This document shows, piece after piece, positions 50,220-64,000 of a DNA stretch of 64,000 nt. Numbering within the stretch: the first letter of the stretch is position 1; the number at the start of each line of letters is the position of its first letter. Made by a program: the position numbers and the translations under genes. A model generated the notes under the pieces. The model was not told the origin of the DNA, did no database searches, and was given only the letters and a program-made list of their open reading frames with translations. The DNA comes from Callorhinchus milii (Eukaryota): the NCBI RefSeq assembly GCF_018977255.1, contig NW_024704743.1, forward strand, positions 76,384,001 to 76,448,000, in the 5' to 3' direction.

Positions 50220-52179
50220 ATCATGTCACCTCCCTGTGAGCTGCCACAGGGAGGGTCTTCCATACACATTGAATGAATAGAGTGGCCACGGAAAGTCTGA
50301 CTCCTGCATCAGCACTAAAAGGTGAGGGCAGTGAAAAACCCAAACAGTAAATAAACATGTATGGGCATAACGTTGCTAACTGTAACTATGACTACAAATT
50401 CAACAGCACCATCCCAAGCGGAAACCTCAGCACCTCTTTAATACTGTAGTCTGTGTGAATAGGAGGTAAACGTATACAGTGCAGGTCTGCCTATCAATAG
50501 AGTATTCATCTTTGTTACTTATTCATTGGAGGAACCGAGTCGATTTGCTCAGCTTCAGGGAGTGTCCACAAATCTCTCTCTCTCTCTTTCTCTCTGCCTT
50601 CCCAGGGTCACCGATTACCTGACACCCACCTCCCACCTCTGATTTGGCCCCTCTCTGGCCGCTAGAAATGGGTTGTGCTGCATTGCTCGGGCGATCCTGT
50701 CAAATTCTTGGCAGTGTATCTATTCACAGTCAATGGAAAGATCGGCCCTTTCTTTTTTGGAAATCGAGCAACTTTGTTTTGCAGTCAGTTGCGTGAAGGT
50801 CCACTGGACGAATGATTGAGTATTTCGTTTAGATGCATAGTTATTAACCAGAAAACCTGCAGAAAACTGAAAATTCCTAGAATTGCCTGTCGGCCAAAAG
50901 TTCCTGAAAATACACAAGAAACGCCTTTTGCAGCAAATGCAAGTTATTATGAGGCAATGCCACACAATTATATTTGCATAGAGACTTTCACGTCGAGAGA
51001 ACATCCCAAGGCGCTAAATACAACCAAAGCAAAAGGATTTCTCTATCTTTTTCACTTAAGTTCTCGTTCCTTGTGTTAATTATTGAGCTCCACCATCGAG
51101 CGCACTTCACCATTGCTTTTATTTTTATCGTGATTTATTTTGTATTTTTATTCCCAGATCGTTTCGCTGCAGTGAAGTCCCTTATTGATATCTATATAAA
51201 GGGGGAGTCAGCTGGTGGAGGAGGGAGGTTGATCTGGAAATGATAATGTTTAGCAACAGTAGATCAACATGATGAGGATGCTATTTTTTTTTTTAAAAAT
51301 ACACTTTTCACAAATAACCCCTCAACTGCAATTCGTTTTGCAGTTTAATTTCTGCGATTTGTCAAATGGAAACAACATTTTTAAAACCTGGATGATCTCA
51401 AAGGGTTACAGGATGCAGAAACCTTTGGGTGAGAATTGTCTTAACAGATCCGATGTGCTGGAAAGCAACATCGCAATTTTCGGTCCTCGTTCATTTATTT
51501 TCAATTTCAGAATGGATCTCACTGACATCCACAGAGCTAATAACTAACACAAAGGAAACCTGGTGCCAGGGGGCTGATGTTTTAACCTAATGTGGAGCAG
51601 GCAATCCGTTACTTATATTTTTAATCGTATTTATTAACGAGAGACATCGAATATGGCATAAATAAAGACTATTTTGCACCTGGAGAGAAGCCAGCTTCAC
51701 AGTGTCCCCCTGCATCCTCTCTCCAAAACCAAAGGCTATGAAGTTTTATGAACACTGACACTGACATTGATCGTTTTTAAGGGATGAACCTGAATCGGTT
51801 GGGCTTCCAGGACTGAAAGGGGTTAAGAAATTGTCCAAAAAGGGGAGAAAAACACACACACACACACATGGCTTTCGTGTCGATTAGAGAGGAACAGCTC
51901 GTCTGCAGATCGACTCTTCGTCGCCTTTAAACAGGAGCAAGTCGCCAGGATTGCAGTGAGCTGGACTGGACCGGACTGGGTTGGGAGAAACCGCGGAAGA
52001 AAAAATAACTGAGCGAATGGAAATAGAATGACGCTGAAAACGACTTGCAGAGAGTGAGTGAGTGAGTGAGTGAAATCCTAACATATAAGCCGCTTTCTGG
52101 GAGAGAGAAGTTGCTGGTCGGCTGAAGGGGACCACAGTGGTGTTGGTGTCCAGATCTCTTTGGTTTGATGTCCCCTGTG

Positions 52180-52211
<32 letters not shown>

Positions 52212-52544
52212 CATCTCTCCCTGTGAGAGGGGCTGAGCTGCATATGATCGGCTGCTTATTGACGGACACGTGTGGATTTTCGCATTGGGTCAACATCTGC
52301 ACTCGCCGCAAAAATGTTGTGTGGCTAAAACCACTCCTAGATTTTTGATTCGCTCATAGACTGCAGTCCCCCCCCCCCCCCCCCCCGCCCCCCACCCCCA
52401 ATCTCAGGGCGCTCTCCTTGTCCTTCTTGTTGTTGCTGTTGTTGGAGTGTCCGCGCTGGTGTGGGTGTGTGAGAGGGTGTGGATTCATCCAGTGGAGTTG
52501 TCAGCAGAGGTGGTTTGGTGGAGCGGATACGCCTGGTCCTGCCC

Positions 52545-52592
<48 letters not shown>

Positions 52593-52612
52593 GCTGTCTG
52601 TCTGTCTGTCTG
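52545..52612. repeat. (CTGT)n microsatellite upstream of the SUSD5 ATG
   Basis: Seen directly in the sequence. Confidence 0.95.
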
Positions 52613-52717
52613 TCTTGCCTGTCTATCTGCTGCCCTGCTTTTGGCCTGTCCAGTCTCGGTTGCCTTTGCTCCTGGTCGCCACCTGCCCAGCTCAGCGTCA
52701 GTGTTGGCTCCAGCGCG

Positions 52718-52802
52718 ATGGCTCCACTCTCGCACTCACACTGCCTCCTGCCATGGATCGCCTTCCTGCTCGCCATCAACTGCAGCCACGTCCAGGCACA
52801 CG
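52718..52802 (+). CDS. SUSD5: SUSD5 coding exon 1 (signal peptide MAPLSHSHCLLPWIAFLLAINCSHVQAHG)
   Basis: ATG in GCGATGG context, hydrophobic signal peptide, and a phase-1 donor G/GTCAGT that joins exon 2 in frame. CpG-rich surroundings. Confidence 0.75.
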
Positions 52803-54172
52803 GTCAGTCCAGAGTGGCTCGGAAAGCCCGATTACTGTCACGGGCTTTTGCTGAAAGACAAGTCCACTCGATCTCATTCATTGCAACTTGTAAACTGCGC
52901 GATTGCGCTGTTGCTTATTCTTACGATTCCAATACGTTGCACTGCTGCTCTGAGCATTGCGACGGATTGTGAGAGATGTTTTGTTTTACAAATGTATTCA
53001 TCTTTAGATATTGCATACCATTTTGGGGGAAAAAAAAAACCACTTTTAATTCCACGAAGCCGATGTCGATCGCGGTGTTATTTCCCGTCTTTATCGAAGA
53101 AACTTGTGCTGTTGTCTTAAGAAGTGACTGTAACGTACTCGTACTTTAAAAACAATTTAATTTCACTCGTGACTGTTTTTGTTAGACTCGCGATCGGTGG
53201 AGGTATTAGATTAAAAAGCAATGCCTGTGGGTTGTTGCCCCAACCATTCGTTTCCCTGTAACATCACTGCTGTTACTTAATGATGTATTTGCTCGTCACC
53301 CATTGAAATGTTTTCATTTCCCCACGTTTGAGGGGTCACATTTTACACATCTGGAAAATAAAACAGTTGAATATCAAGTTAAAAGGTGTTCGAAAACAAA
53401 ATCTCGAATGCACAGACCCTGTAAGCAGTTTGGATGGACGAATAAATAAATAGCTGAATAAATATAAGAGTATATTAACCCAAAACGATTTGATTCCAAA
53501 ATAAGACTCCGAAAGGCAAATTCCCATTCCCCCCCCCGATATTAATCCGTTGCAAAGAAACACAACGCAGTTTTGCGCCCCCCCCCCCAAAAAAAAAGAT
53601 AAAACCAAAATGCGAGAAAATAAAAGGAATTAAATGATTTGCTTCAGAGACGCGAACATGAGAGCTGAAAGGAGGGTTTTGCATTGATCTCCATTGCACC
53701 CTCGGCTTGCAAAGGTTTAGTGTTTTTGTTGTTGTTGAGATGCCATATAATTGAAGTCGATTAAGCGTGAATTTATCCACTTTATTCTTAACTCTTTTTC
53801 TCTTTGACCGAGCCTTCAGCTCCCCTCTCGACTCTCTTCCCCCTTCTCGCTCTCTCCCATCCCTCCCCTCACCCTGACCATTTCCCCCCTCCTCGCTCCC
53901 TCCCCTCCCCTCACCCTGACCATTTCCCCCCTGCTCGGGTCATGACCCAACTGTGCAGCGCCTTGGGACGTCCTCCTGACGTGAAAGGCGCTTTATAAAT
54001 GGAATCTTGTTGTTGTTGTTGTTGTAAATCGAGGGAAAAAAATAAATGGGAAGTGACAATGTCAGGTGAGGAACAACGTGTCATGGTTGCCTTTTTCCTG
54101 CCAAATGTAACGGCCCCCCTTGTGTGTGGGTGTGTTTTCCCCTCTCGCCCCCTCTCTCCCGTTTGGCCACAG

Positions 54173-54350
54173 GGAAAGTGTTCGTCGTGGGGGCAAAGAA
54201 CGGGACTCAGCAGTTGGATGTGAGCGGAGCCCCGGAGCTGTGCACCTCGCGGGGAGCGCGCCTCGCCACCCAGGAGGAGCTGATGCGGGCGGTGGAGGAA
54301 TGTGCCTTCGCAGTGTGCACCACAGGCTGGCTGTCAGGCAGCCTCATTGG
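54173..54350 (+). CDS. SUSD5: SUSD5 exon 2 (Link-like domain)
   Basis: KVFVVGAKNGTQQLDVSGAPELCTSRGARLATQEELMRAVEECAFAVCTTGWLSGSLIG resembles the vertebrate SUSD5 segment C.SRGA.LA...EL.R.V..C.FAVCTTGWL. AG/GT sites intact; 178 nt, phase 1 to 2. Confidence 0.88.
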
Positions 54351-54384
54351 GTAAGGCTGCATCCCACAACCCCCCCCCCCCCCC

Positions 54385-54760
54385 CCCACACACACACACA
54401 AATACACTACATAGGTAGATCATAGCTCACCACACACACACACACACAACACAGGTAGATCATAGCTCACCACACACACACACACACACACAAAACACTA
54501 CATAGGTAGATCATAGCTCACCACACACACACACACAACACAGNNNNNNNNNNNNNNNNNNNNNNNNNNNNNNNNNNNNNNNNNNNNNNNNNNNNNNNNN
54601 NNNNNNNNNNNNNNNNNNNNNNNNNNNNNNNNNNNNNNNNNNNNNNNNNNNNNNNNNNNNNNNNNNNNNNNNNNNNNNNNNNNNNNNNNNNNNNNNNNNN
54701 NNNNNNNNNNNNNNNNNNNNNNNNNNNNNNNNNNNNNNNNNNNNNNNNCACACACTCACA
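54385..54760. repeat. Minisatellite (CACA..ATAGGTAGATCATAGCTCAC)n running into an N gap (54544-54748)
   Basis: Three units are visible before the gap. Confidence 0.85.
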
Positions 54761-55404
54761 CACAGCGTTTTGCCCAACACATTTACAGTCAGTTCATTTT
54801 ACAGTGTATTCTGTGAAGCACTTTGAAACATCTCAACGATTTGATAAGGCGCTATATCAAATGCAAGGATTATTATTATTAACAGTCCGTCTCCCATTCC
54901 AAACTGCACCCCCCCCCCCCCCCATCCCCCATCCTCCCCACCCCCTCATAAAACAGGTATAGTAAACTGTTTCAATCCCAGGTCTGGATGGATCTGCTTA
55001 TCCACAAACTCCCCTCAATGCCAATCTTATTACAAATAGTACACAAGCTTCATTCATTCATCCATTCATTCATTACCAACAACAAAAATTGCCTCATAGA
55101 AGCAACTCTTGCTCACTTCCTCTGTATAATACCTTTAGATTAATGGCCATACACTAATGTAGTCTGTTTCTTGGTTATCCTGGTTTATATTTTCCTCCAA
55201 ATCCAAATCTGTTCCCAAATTCAAGTTAGTCAGCTGGTTGTGCATCTCACTGAAGTTTGTGGGTCTGATAGGCTACTCTCATTTTCTTTTCCAAAAACAT
55301 TCGCTTTCTTTTCAAATGAATTGTATTTTGTAAAACACTTTGAGGTGTTTCCTTTCATATGAAAGGAATTATACAAATGCAAGTTGTCATTATTATTATG
55401 ATTA

Positions 55405-55700
55405 GTAGTAATAATTAGTAATCCTTACATTTGATATAACGCTTTTCACATCTTCTAGACGTCGCAAAGTGCTTCACAGAATATACTATAAAGTGAATTG
55501 ACTGTATATTTGTGAGCGAAATGTGGCAGCCAATTGCGCACAGCAGTGTCCCACAAACAGTCGTGGATTGAAGTGATCAGTTTATTGTTTTTTTTTGAGG
55601 GATTATTATCAGGCGTGTGGCGTAAGGAAACTTGCCCGAGGTTTCACCCTGCCTGGAATTGAACCCAGGTCTCTCGCTTGCGAGGCGAGTGCTCTATCCT
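55405..55700 (-). mobile_element. tRNA-headed SINE, 5' end truncated
   Basis: Same family as 46782-47109. Confidence 0.8.
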
Positions 55701-58700
55701 CAGTAGTAGTGAAGTATTATGCACACTGCCTAAAGCTGTCTGCCAGATATCAGCACTGGTTTGATGCCAGGATAGAACATGAATTGCTGCACATTAAATA
55801 ATAAATTTTTAATGGTTCAACTCCCAACTGGCCAATCTAATTTCAAGCATAAATGTCAAGATTTAATAAGAAAGATTTAGCTATTGCAAATCCTGCCTCA
55901 GCACAGTTCCAGATACTAATCCCACTCAATGTTTTACAGATACTCTAATTTTCCATCTAATTTTCAGCAACTCTCACCTTTAGTTTTGAATGTTCACACC
56001 CTCTAGTTTTGAGTTGAATAATCCACTCTTTAGATTCTCAGCTTTTTGCTGTGCTCTTCAAGGTACACCTGCAAATTGTAGGTCATTGTCACTGAACAGC
56101 TTTAATCACATGAAAAATACAGTAAGTGGATCCCTGTAGTATAGCAACAGCAGAAAAAATACAGTGTATCAATAAATTGTTACCTGTCTTGAATAGTAAA
56201 GAAATCTTTGCTTCTTGTCATTAGTAGGCACGTTGGCAGAGATTGCCATGTGCTGATGTTTCTCTTCAGTAGGAGATAAAATCAAATTAATTAAAAATTA
56301 ATCAAATTTTTGGGGTCATTATCTCTACATTTATTAAGTCCAACATTATAACCTCTCTCCAGTGTTAGATAAAGTTACGTATTCACGCCTTTCTAACAAA
56401 GATAGATATGCACAAAATCTTGTCTTCAGTGCTGAAGAAATCTTTGCAATAACGCCTCACTTTAATGCATAAACACCCTGGCACTATTGTACTTCTGCAG
56501 GGGTGGAAATAATAATGTTTTATTCCTGTGGTAACAATTAGCCTGTGCTATTACCCCTATTACCCACTGTACACAGTAGAGAAAGTGTAACTAGCTATAT
56601 GCTGATCTGCCCACTGACCAGTTTAGCTCTGCTCTGTGGACGTTTTTCATTAGTGCTGTGGGCTTGAAGATGGTGGCATTGCTCTCACACATTTCATGCT
56701 GAGCTGTGTTGCTCACAAGGAAGCTTGCCATCACCTGGTGAGGGCTCAAACCTGCATTTGTTGGCTATCAAATGATGAACTAGTTACAATCGGGGGTTAG
56801 GGGGGGGGGTTTCTTGGAGTTGAGTTGGCTCCAAGGTGACATGCTTGTGAATGGAATATTGGAATCGACTCTGGCAGTCTCTGTAGTCCGGTTCCTGAGC
56901 CAGGCGGGTCCGCAGTATTCCAGGGACTTGGAGAGGCAGGCTTGGGGTCAAAACTTATTTCCATTCAGCACCTGTTAAACCTGCAAGCCAAAGCCCTGAC
57001 AGGTAGTGTGGTCCTAGCTGGACAAGCAGTGTTTTCAATGGCAAGCTATGTGTTTGTAACTAGTTAAATGCCAGTAGAGCACTAACACACACTCTAGGGT
57101 TCCCAAGCCTTATGTCTTGCCAATCTGCATCTAATACTCTATGGAATTAGGTAAACAAGGTGTATCTCTCCAGCGAGAGAGTGTGCATTCCATTTCAGAC
57201 GCAGGGACATAGGATACTTTTAAGAATGGTAATGGATTTTCATGTGTCAGACACCTGGATGGCCAAAACAAATATTTGTGAACCAGAATATGTCCCAGAT
57301 AGGTGGATACTGGAAAGGGAGAGGTTCAACTGCACACAAATGCTTCAGCTGTTTCGTCTCAGCAGTCTCAGTCACTGACACTGTAGAGTGAATATCAGAA
57401 AAGTGCCAATGGCGTAATTATAATTACAGCTATTTCACGATGGACTGTGAAAGTAGCCTGGAACAGCAATGACATTTTTATTGCACGTAAAATGCCTGTT
57501 ATCATGATTCATGAAAATGATGTATTATATTTAATTATAGATGTTACTGAACAAATTCAGTCACTTTATCCATCTAAACATTCATTTCTGTTTGCCAGCT
57601 TGCCTGCCTGACTGCTGGTTGATTGGACAACCTGTTATTCTATAGACAGTTTGCTTTGGGCACCCCCTGGAAAGTGCGAGTGTGTATTACAGTAGGTGAA
57701 AGGTAGGATTAGGCTTGGCTGAGTCCCATGTTCTCTCCTAATCCCTCTCTCCCTTCCTCCCCCAGCTAGAGTTAAATGACCTTGCAACTTTCACTGGTCG
57801 CACTCAAATATGAACAACGGGCACTTATGGGAGGCATCAAAATTGTTCAATTCAGCAAAGGTCAATTTGCAGCCCAGTATAAACCTTGAAGAGAGCATTG
57901 ACAAAAAACAGAAAAAAGAAATGTAAAAATAGTTGTCCCAAAATGTGTTTATTAGAACCATAGGAAGATACTGGGCAGAGAAGACAGTCATGGTTCATCG
58001 GTTTGGTCTCAGTGTAAAAAGTCATACACTATAATTCCTGTATCACTTGATCAATGTCTTTGCCAAATAGCTGTCAAATTCCCTCTGGAATTTGCTGCCT
58101 CCAGCTGCCTCCACTATCTCCCTGAGTAATTTCATGTTAGATTTGATATTGGAGCCTAATTGGTCATGGTATTTCGTAACATAGTTGCACAATTGGAGAC
58201 TCCTTCAGGTAACCAGAAGTATATCATATCAACCCATCGGAACATAGTCAGCTTCTGGAGTGGAGTTCTAGGTTAATGGGAACTCTGTTAAGTAAAGGAA
58301 TCCTGTTAAGTATTATAACTAATTAGAACCCATGGTTTCTTGAGAGATGAAACATGCTCTTATTATGACAACTGCAAAAAAAAGCAATGTTATTGTGAAA
58401 TATTATCAATATTCAATATTACACAGAGATTCTTAACCTCATGTTTCCTCGAGATTACATTAAAAATGCAAGGTGTCCAATTACTGCATCAGAATGAGTC
58501 AAAAGTCGGCAGACATTACATTGGCGCTAAATATCTCAGTTAAAATAATTCTTATATAATTCAGGCTAGGCTTTCATAGCTGCCAGTTAATATTAAGATA
58601 GATTATCCATTGCTACTAGGTATTGGTGGAAAGCCTCTCATGCTCTGATGACCTACTTAATTTGACTGTTTTTCTTGCATTTTGTTCAGAACTTTGCCTC

Positions 58701-61155
58701 TGCCAGATTTGTTTTTCCAGAGGACATTGTGTTGGAAGGATTTTCCCTTAAATTAGCTCATTGTGCGTATGTTCTGACAACGTAAATCAGTGCTGCTATT
58801 GGTAGAATTTCTACCTGGGTCTAGATTTACTGTAATATATTAATTTTAGATTAATATAACATTGCAGAGTCTCCAGAATTTGTCAGAATTCTTAAATGCA
58901 GTCTTTAATTTAGAATTTAGTTTTCTGTAAGATTATATAATAATAATTATTCTTGCATTTGATATAGCGCTTTTCACGCCTTCTAGACGTCTCAAAGCGC
59001 TTCATATTATTAATAATCCTTGCATTTGATATAGCATCTTATCCTTCAAAAAAATATTAATAATAAATTGATCATTTTAATCCACAACTGTTTGTTGGAC
59101 AATGCTGCGTGCAATATATCATCTCTGATTTTGAAATGATAACACAAGACAATTTGAGACCTACAGCTGTTGTTTCATTTTTTAGCTGTACCCAGATCTT
59201 TTCATCCTTTTCCCTTTATTATTATTTCAGCGTCTTGGGACGTCCTCCTGATGTGAAAGGCGCTATACAAATGTAATTTGTTGTTGTTGTAATCACTTTG
59301 TTTGCATTGATATTTTAATAATAACCATTAGATTTGATATATTACATTACATTTCACCCACAAAACATAGCCAATTCACTTTACATTATATTCTGTGAAG
59401 TGCTTTGAGATATTTTGAAGATGTGATAAGACGCTATATATCAAATGCAAGGATTATTATTATTACTATTATCGTCAAGACTTCTCAGAATGGTTCACAA
59501 GAATTACTGTAATGTGTAGTGACTGTATATGGAGTTTCTTACAGAAAATGGGCTTCAAAGATTAAATTGAATTCAACAATTTGCTCAATTCTGCATACTC
59601 TGAAATGTTATTTTAATGGAGTAAATCTAGACCTGGTTGGAATTTTTGAAAAGAGAAGGGAGTTTCTCCCAGTGTCTCTCAAATAAAATTGGTTACTCAC
59701 TCCATGGCTGTTTATGGAACATTGATGCAAATCAGCTGGTGCATTTCGCCTACAAAATACAGTTACTGCATTTTACAGTATGTCCTGTGAAGTGCCTTGG
59801 GACGTCCTCCTGACATGCAATTATATAATTGTATATAAATGCAATTTGTTATTGTCCTCCTGATGTGAAAGGCGCAGTACTAAATGTAAGGAGCATTATT
59901 ATTCATTATTAATTTCTACCCACTAATTGGCCAGAGAGCCACTGAAATAAAACTCATCATTCGCCTGTGAAAGGAATTCAAGTCAAAGCGTTGCAAGGTC
60001 ACCATGTGCTGCTGATTTGAGCAGAGATTGTGACTGCATGTCAGAGTTGCAGTGTACTTTATTATTACCTGTTACGATGACTTTTCTGCTTTGGTACATG
60101 TAAGCATACTAAGGAATATATGAAAGTTTTATGTTTGCACTTTGAAAAGAAGGATTTCAGTGAGGCAGGGTTTCCAGCTCTTAGTCCATGTTATAAAGTA
60201 GCATTAATAGTACCAGAGTACAAATACAAAGTATTTTATACTTTACTTTCTTTATGTTCCAAATCATTTTATGCAGCTACTTACTTCAATATATTTATAC
60301 AGTGAAAATGATTATTTGGTCGAATGCTATTCAATGCTATTCCAATTAATGAAGCATGTTCACTAATTGGTTTGTACACTGGAGTCTAAAATTCTCTCAT
60401 TTTAACGGGCTTTGTTAATAAGGACTCTGCCACACAAACAGAGACTCCTACTGGCAATTGGAAATACTGGATGTCATGCCAATCAATAGTAACCCTGTGA
60501 TTTACTTCGGATCATGATGGAACAGAGTTCCTGTGTTTCAATGGCACATGTTCAGTTATGGAATGAGTCTCCATTTGTGACTTAAAGTGGACATTGAAGA
60601 ATCCTGTTAGGCCCCAGTGCCTGAGGTCATAGCACACAAATACTTCAAGATCAGAGGACTTGGTGATGTAGTGCATGAGTTTGGATATAATAATAATAAT
60701 AATCCTTTGATATGCACGTCTTTGAGACGTCTCAAAGCACTTCACAGAGGATACTGTAAAGTGAATTGACCGTAAAATTTGTGGGTGATTAAAGGTGATT
60801 GAACAAACTCTCTCTGTTGGCTGTAAAAATGAGTTCTATACAAAATAAAATTGGGCATTTTCCAGTGGGGACAGATCTACCGCACAAGTTTCAGAAACTA
60901 AATTGGAAGTAAAGACATCACATGAGATTCTCACACACATCTGCCAGTGGCAGCTGAACAGCTCAGAGCCTGAAATGCGGAACAGGATATCTGTTTTCCC
61001 ACTCCGTTGGAGAATGTTGCAGAGTTGAGAAGTGGGCTTGATGAGACATAAAACTCACTTATAAAATTGCAGAGGAGAGAGAAGGATTTAAATGTTAAAC
61101 TTAATTTAATACAGATCACAGTAGATAATGAGTTTTTTTTTATTTTTTAACATAG

Positions 61156-61274
61156 GATAACCATATGTTATAGCATGGACAATGGTCAACAGAAGGTGAA
61201 GACTATCGATGTGAAAACAGAAACTGCTGGCTCTTCAAGTGGTCCATATGATTCATTTTGTATTAAAGACAAAG
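61156..61274 (+). CDS. SUSD5: SUSD5 exon 3 (not in the ORF track)
   Basis: tag/G ATA ACC ATA TGT...AAA G/gttagt, translating ITICYSMDNGQQKVKTIDVKTETAGSSSGPYDSFCIKDK. This resembles SUSD5 TTVC...QQIMRAVDV...YSALCIKDE. 119 nt, phase 2 to 1, in frame with exon 2. Confidence 0.85.
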
Positions 61275-62984
61275 GTTAGTGCTGCATTATCCCACAGTCG
61301 CTGAGCCTGACACCCACATTAATTGGCATCAAGCCCATTATGGATGTAAACACACTGTTATCATGCTAAATACTCTCTGTTGTCAACTACAAAAAAATAC
61401 ATTTAGCTAGTAGCTTGGGGTGGAGGGAGCTGAGGAGGGTGTAGTGATTGCGGTGATGGGGGAAAGATAACTGAAACACAGTTGAAAAGAAAGATCTTAA
61501 GAAAGATCCCTAGAAACTGTAGCACAAGGTCATCCTAAGGGTCATAGCCAATGCAGTGTACCATGAATTATTGGCACCGTGTACCACTTTTTAGATAATT
61601 GTTATTGTGGTCTAATTTGTGGTGTTTCCAAACAGCATTATTCAATAAGCAAATGGGGACTCCTTTCAATACATGGAAGTAGATCCCACTGATCCGCTCC
61701 ACTCCCAATCCAATTTATTTCTGGAGTGGAGCTTCCTGTAGGTTGACAGAAATTGCAACAGGATTCCTTATTAAAGACTCTCTTGAAGAAATACTGAAAA
61801 TTAGACCCCAGTATTTTTTAAATCTATGGAAATATTTATAAGATGAAATGTTCTTTCTGATTCTTTGATCTTTGGTAGAAGGAAAGTGTAACCATCTCAT
61901 TACATCATAGCATTTAGGCCCTGGAGATTAAAAACAAAAATGTAAAATGCCTTATTCATCTTTTCCCCACAATGCCTTTTGACTTTAAAGAAATAAGCCC
62001 CTGTTTTATTTATTTAGTGTTGCTGAGCATAAATCAGACACTAAAGGGAAATATGTAATAAACAGGTTTTTAAAAACGTTATTTAAGAGATTTTTCTTCC
62101 TTAGTCCTCCTCACTTGACGTCAGTCTCTCAGGCTTGGATATCAGTGTTTGAATAGCTTTTTGGCTCTCAATGTCCAAGGTCACACAGGCGGAGACAATC
62201 CCATTTTGCTCCCAAATGATCCATTGGTCCTGAGGAAATTATTTTATGAGATAGTCCTATATGAGAATGCGCAAGTATAAAATGTCTCCTCTGGTGTGAG
62301 TTAGAACGGTCTAACACAATTGTCAAATGGTCTCCATGTTCAGTGTACTCCGAAGCATGATCGTAATGTCGGTTGTAATTTGTTTTATAAAGCAGTGGGT
62401 CTCTTTTCTGAGTCTCTTCTGGAGCCAGGCAAGGGAAGGCTCTGGGTACTGTTCTGGTTGTTTTGCACTTGTGAACCTGTTGAGTAAAGCTGCTCCCTAG
62501 TTAACAGTCCAGTGATCAAACTGCTTTTAGCTGCATGGATCCTTTATAATCTGAAAGGAGCTTTCTATTATCTGCTTGCCGGTACTGTTAGTGTTGGAAG
62601 GAAGTGGAGAGGTTGGGATGGTTTTGGTTTGGGTATTGAGTGCTGTTCATGAGGTATAATAAAATTGTACGCGTGATTGGGTTGAGCTTGTGCTGAGAGT
62701 CTGCTTGAAAACTAGTTCTGGATCGTATGTTATTTAGTTGATCTCATTTCATGTTCTGGATAAAATGGACAAGTAAACAACACTGCAGCCTGGTACTGCT
62801 AATATTCCCTTACTGAGTGAGACGTTTGCTCAGATGAATTCTTTGTGTATTCAAAATTGTTTTTGCTTTTTAAAAACTAATGAAAAAGCTGTTGTTAAAA
62901 CTGTTTCACTGCACTTTTAGCAGTGATACTCTGAGTTGCGCAATATGCAAAGCATAAGTAACAATTGGAGCTGAAAACAAAACA

Positions 62985-63065
62985 GAAGTTGCTTGGTTCA
63001 CTCAGCAGGTCAGGCAGCATCTATGGAGAAAGGAAAGTGAGTCAACGTTTTGGGTCCATGACCCA
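62985..63065 (+). mobile_element. Short chondrichthyan-type repeat (CTCAGCAGGTCAGGCAGCATCTATGGAG...), possibly Penelope-associated
   Basis: Recognised motif only; not searched against a repeat library. Confidence 0.4.
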
Positions 63066-63699
63066 AAACATTGGAGCTGAGTTGCATAATTTGGAAGCAG
63101 ATTTCTCTATAGGGTCCTGCTGACCTCATCACCACCCTGAGGAGATGGTTTCAGGAACTTTAATGCACCTGTAGCGACAGAATGGTTGGGAATCAATCCC
63201 AGATGTCTAACCATTAGGAAATAACATTATGGGATATAGTACATAGGTAGATCGGGACCTATGTGCAAGTGACCACCAGGAAGGTGGAAGGCGAACTGGA
63301 TGGACCTTAGTCTTTTTTCGTCAAGCATTTCTTATGTAGATTCACTTCCAAAAAGTCCTCTGAAACTTCTTGGGTATTACAAAGGATGACCAGGAAATTG
63401 GAAGGATATAATTTGGGATGTTCTCCCGATGTGAAAGGCGCTTCATAAATGTCAATTTGTATCGTATTGTAATTTGTATTGTACCCTATTTTCATTTCAA
63501 CTTTTTACTTTTTCAAAGCTTTTTGAACAATGAGCATACTAAATGAAGTTGATTACAATTTTTTGTGAACTGCAATGCAGGTGCAGATCCATGGACTTGT
63601 TTTGTTTTTACATTTTGTGGTTTCTGGAGGCACATTATAGGACTGATTTTAAGTTACTCATAAGAGGGGAAGAGGGGAGGGCAAACTAGAAGGAGGAAG

Positions 63700-64000
63700 G
63701 TTTAGGGGCATAAAAGCTTTTGTGCCTGACTCAGTTGATATCACTCTTACCTTTGAGTAGGAAGATTGTGGATTCATGGCCCATATCAGGACTGACATGG
63801 CAATATAGTGTTGGGGTTGCATTATTCGAAGTGCCATTCGCCATAGGAGATGTTGCACCAAGTTCCTGTTGGCATGTTTAGATAGAAGGTTAAAGATCCC
63901 TTGCCACTATTTGAAAGGAGAAGGGAATCTCCTGGTATCCTATCCAACAATTACCCCAGATAAAATTGAGCATTAATTTCATGGCTGTTTGTAAAAGAAT
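63700..64000 (+). mobile_element. Deu-domain SINE, partial
   Basis: Head and core align by eye with the 35037-35475 copy. Confidence 0.5.

Noticed and set aside
32000-52700. J or C segments, or further V segments
   Set aside because: No RSS + FGxG or C1-set exon found; isolated CACAGTG sites (32071, 36308, 36426, 46325, 51697, 52133) lack nonamers.
52337-53120. Overlapping 130-213 aa ORFs around SUSD5 exon 1
   Set aside because: They are produced by the (CTGT)n repeat and GC-rich promoter DNA; only 52718-52802 fits the gene.
54498-54780. ORFs containing X runs
   Set aside because: Artefacts of the N gap.
62150-62760. Possible decayed Penelope-like coding remnant
   Set aside because: No convincing RT or GIY-YIG motif could be read by eye.
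1-64000. CRISPR arrays, rRNA or prokaryotic operons
   Set aside because: Eukaryotic intron-exon DNA; the repeats are segmental duplications and retroposons.

Overview
Vertebrate genomic DNA, most likely from a cartilaginous fish, judging by the TCR-gamma-type V segments, CR1/L2 LINEs and Deu-domain SINEs. Positions 1-32 kb are the 5' (distal) end of a translocon-type antigen-receptor V array on the minus strand, most consistent with TRGV. It holds 18 V segments or relics in three families. Family A has 9 members, all intact. Family B has 5: 1 intact, 1 with a dead splice acceptor, 1 with a stop codon and 2 fragments. Family C has 4, all pseudogenes. The complete segments each have a split leader exon and a 23-spacer RSS. 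The array was built by repeated duplication of an A-B-C cassette, and J/C segments must lie left of the window. The most unusual feature is a second, conserved 23-spacer RSS-like signal (CACAGTC-23-CCAGAAACT) about 120 nt downstream of almost every family A/B V. In two family B V segments the V frame stays open up to this second signal and adds a 39-aa, 4-cysteine extension. The 32-52 kb interval is repeat-rich intergenic DNA. From 52.7 kb onward are exons 1-3 of SUSD5 on the plus strand, head-to-head with the V array. There is an assembly gap at 54544-54748. All coordinates and counts were read by eye.
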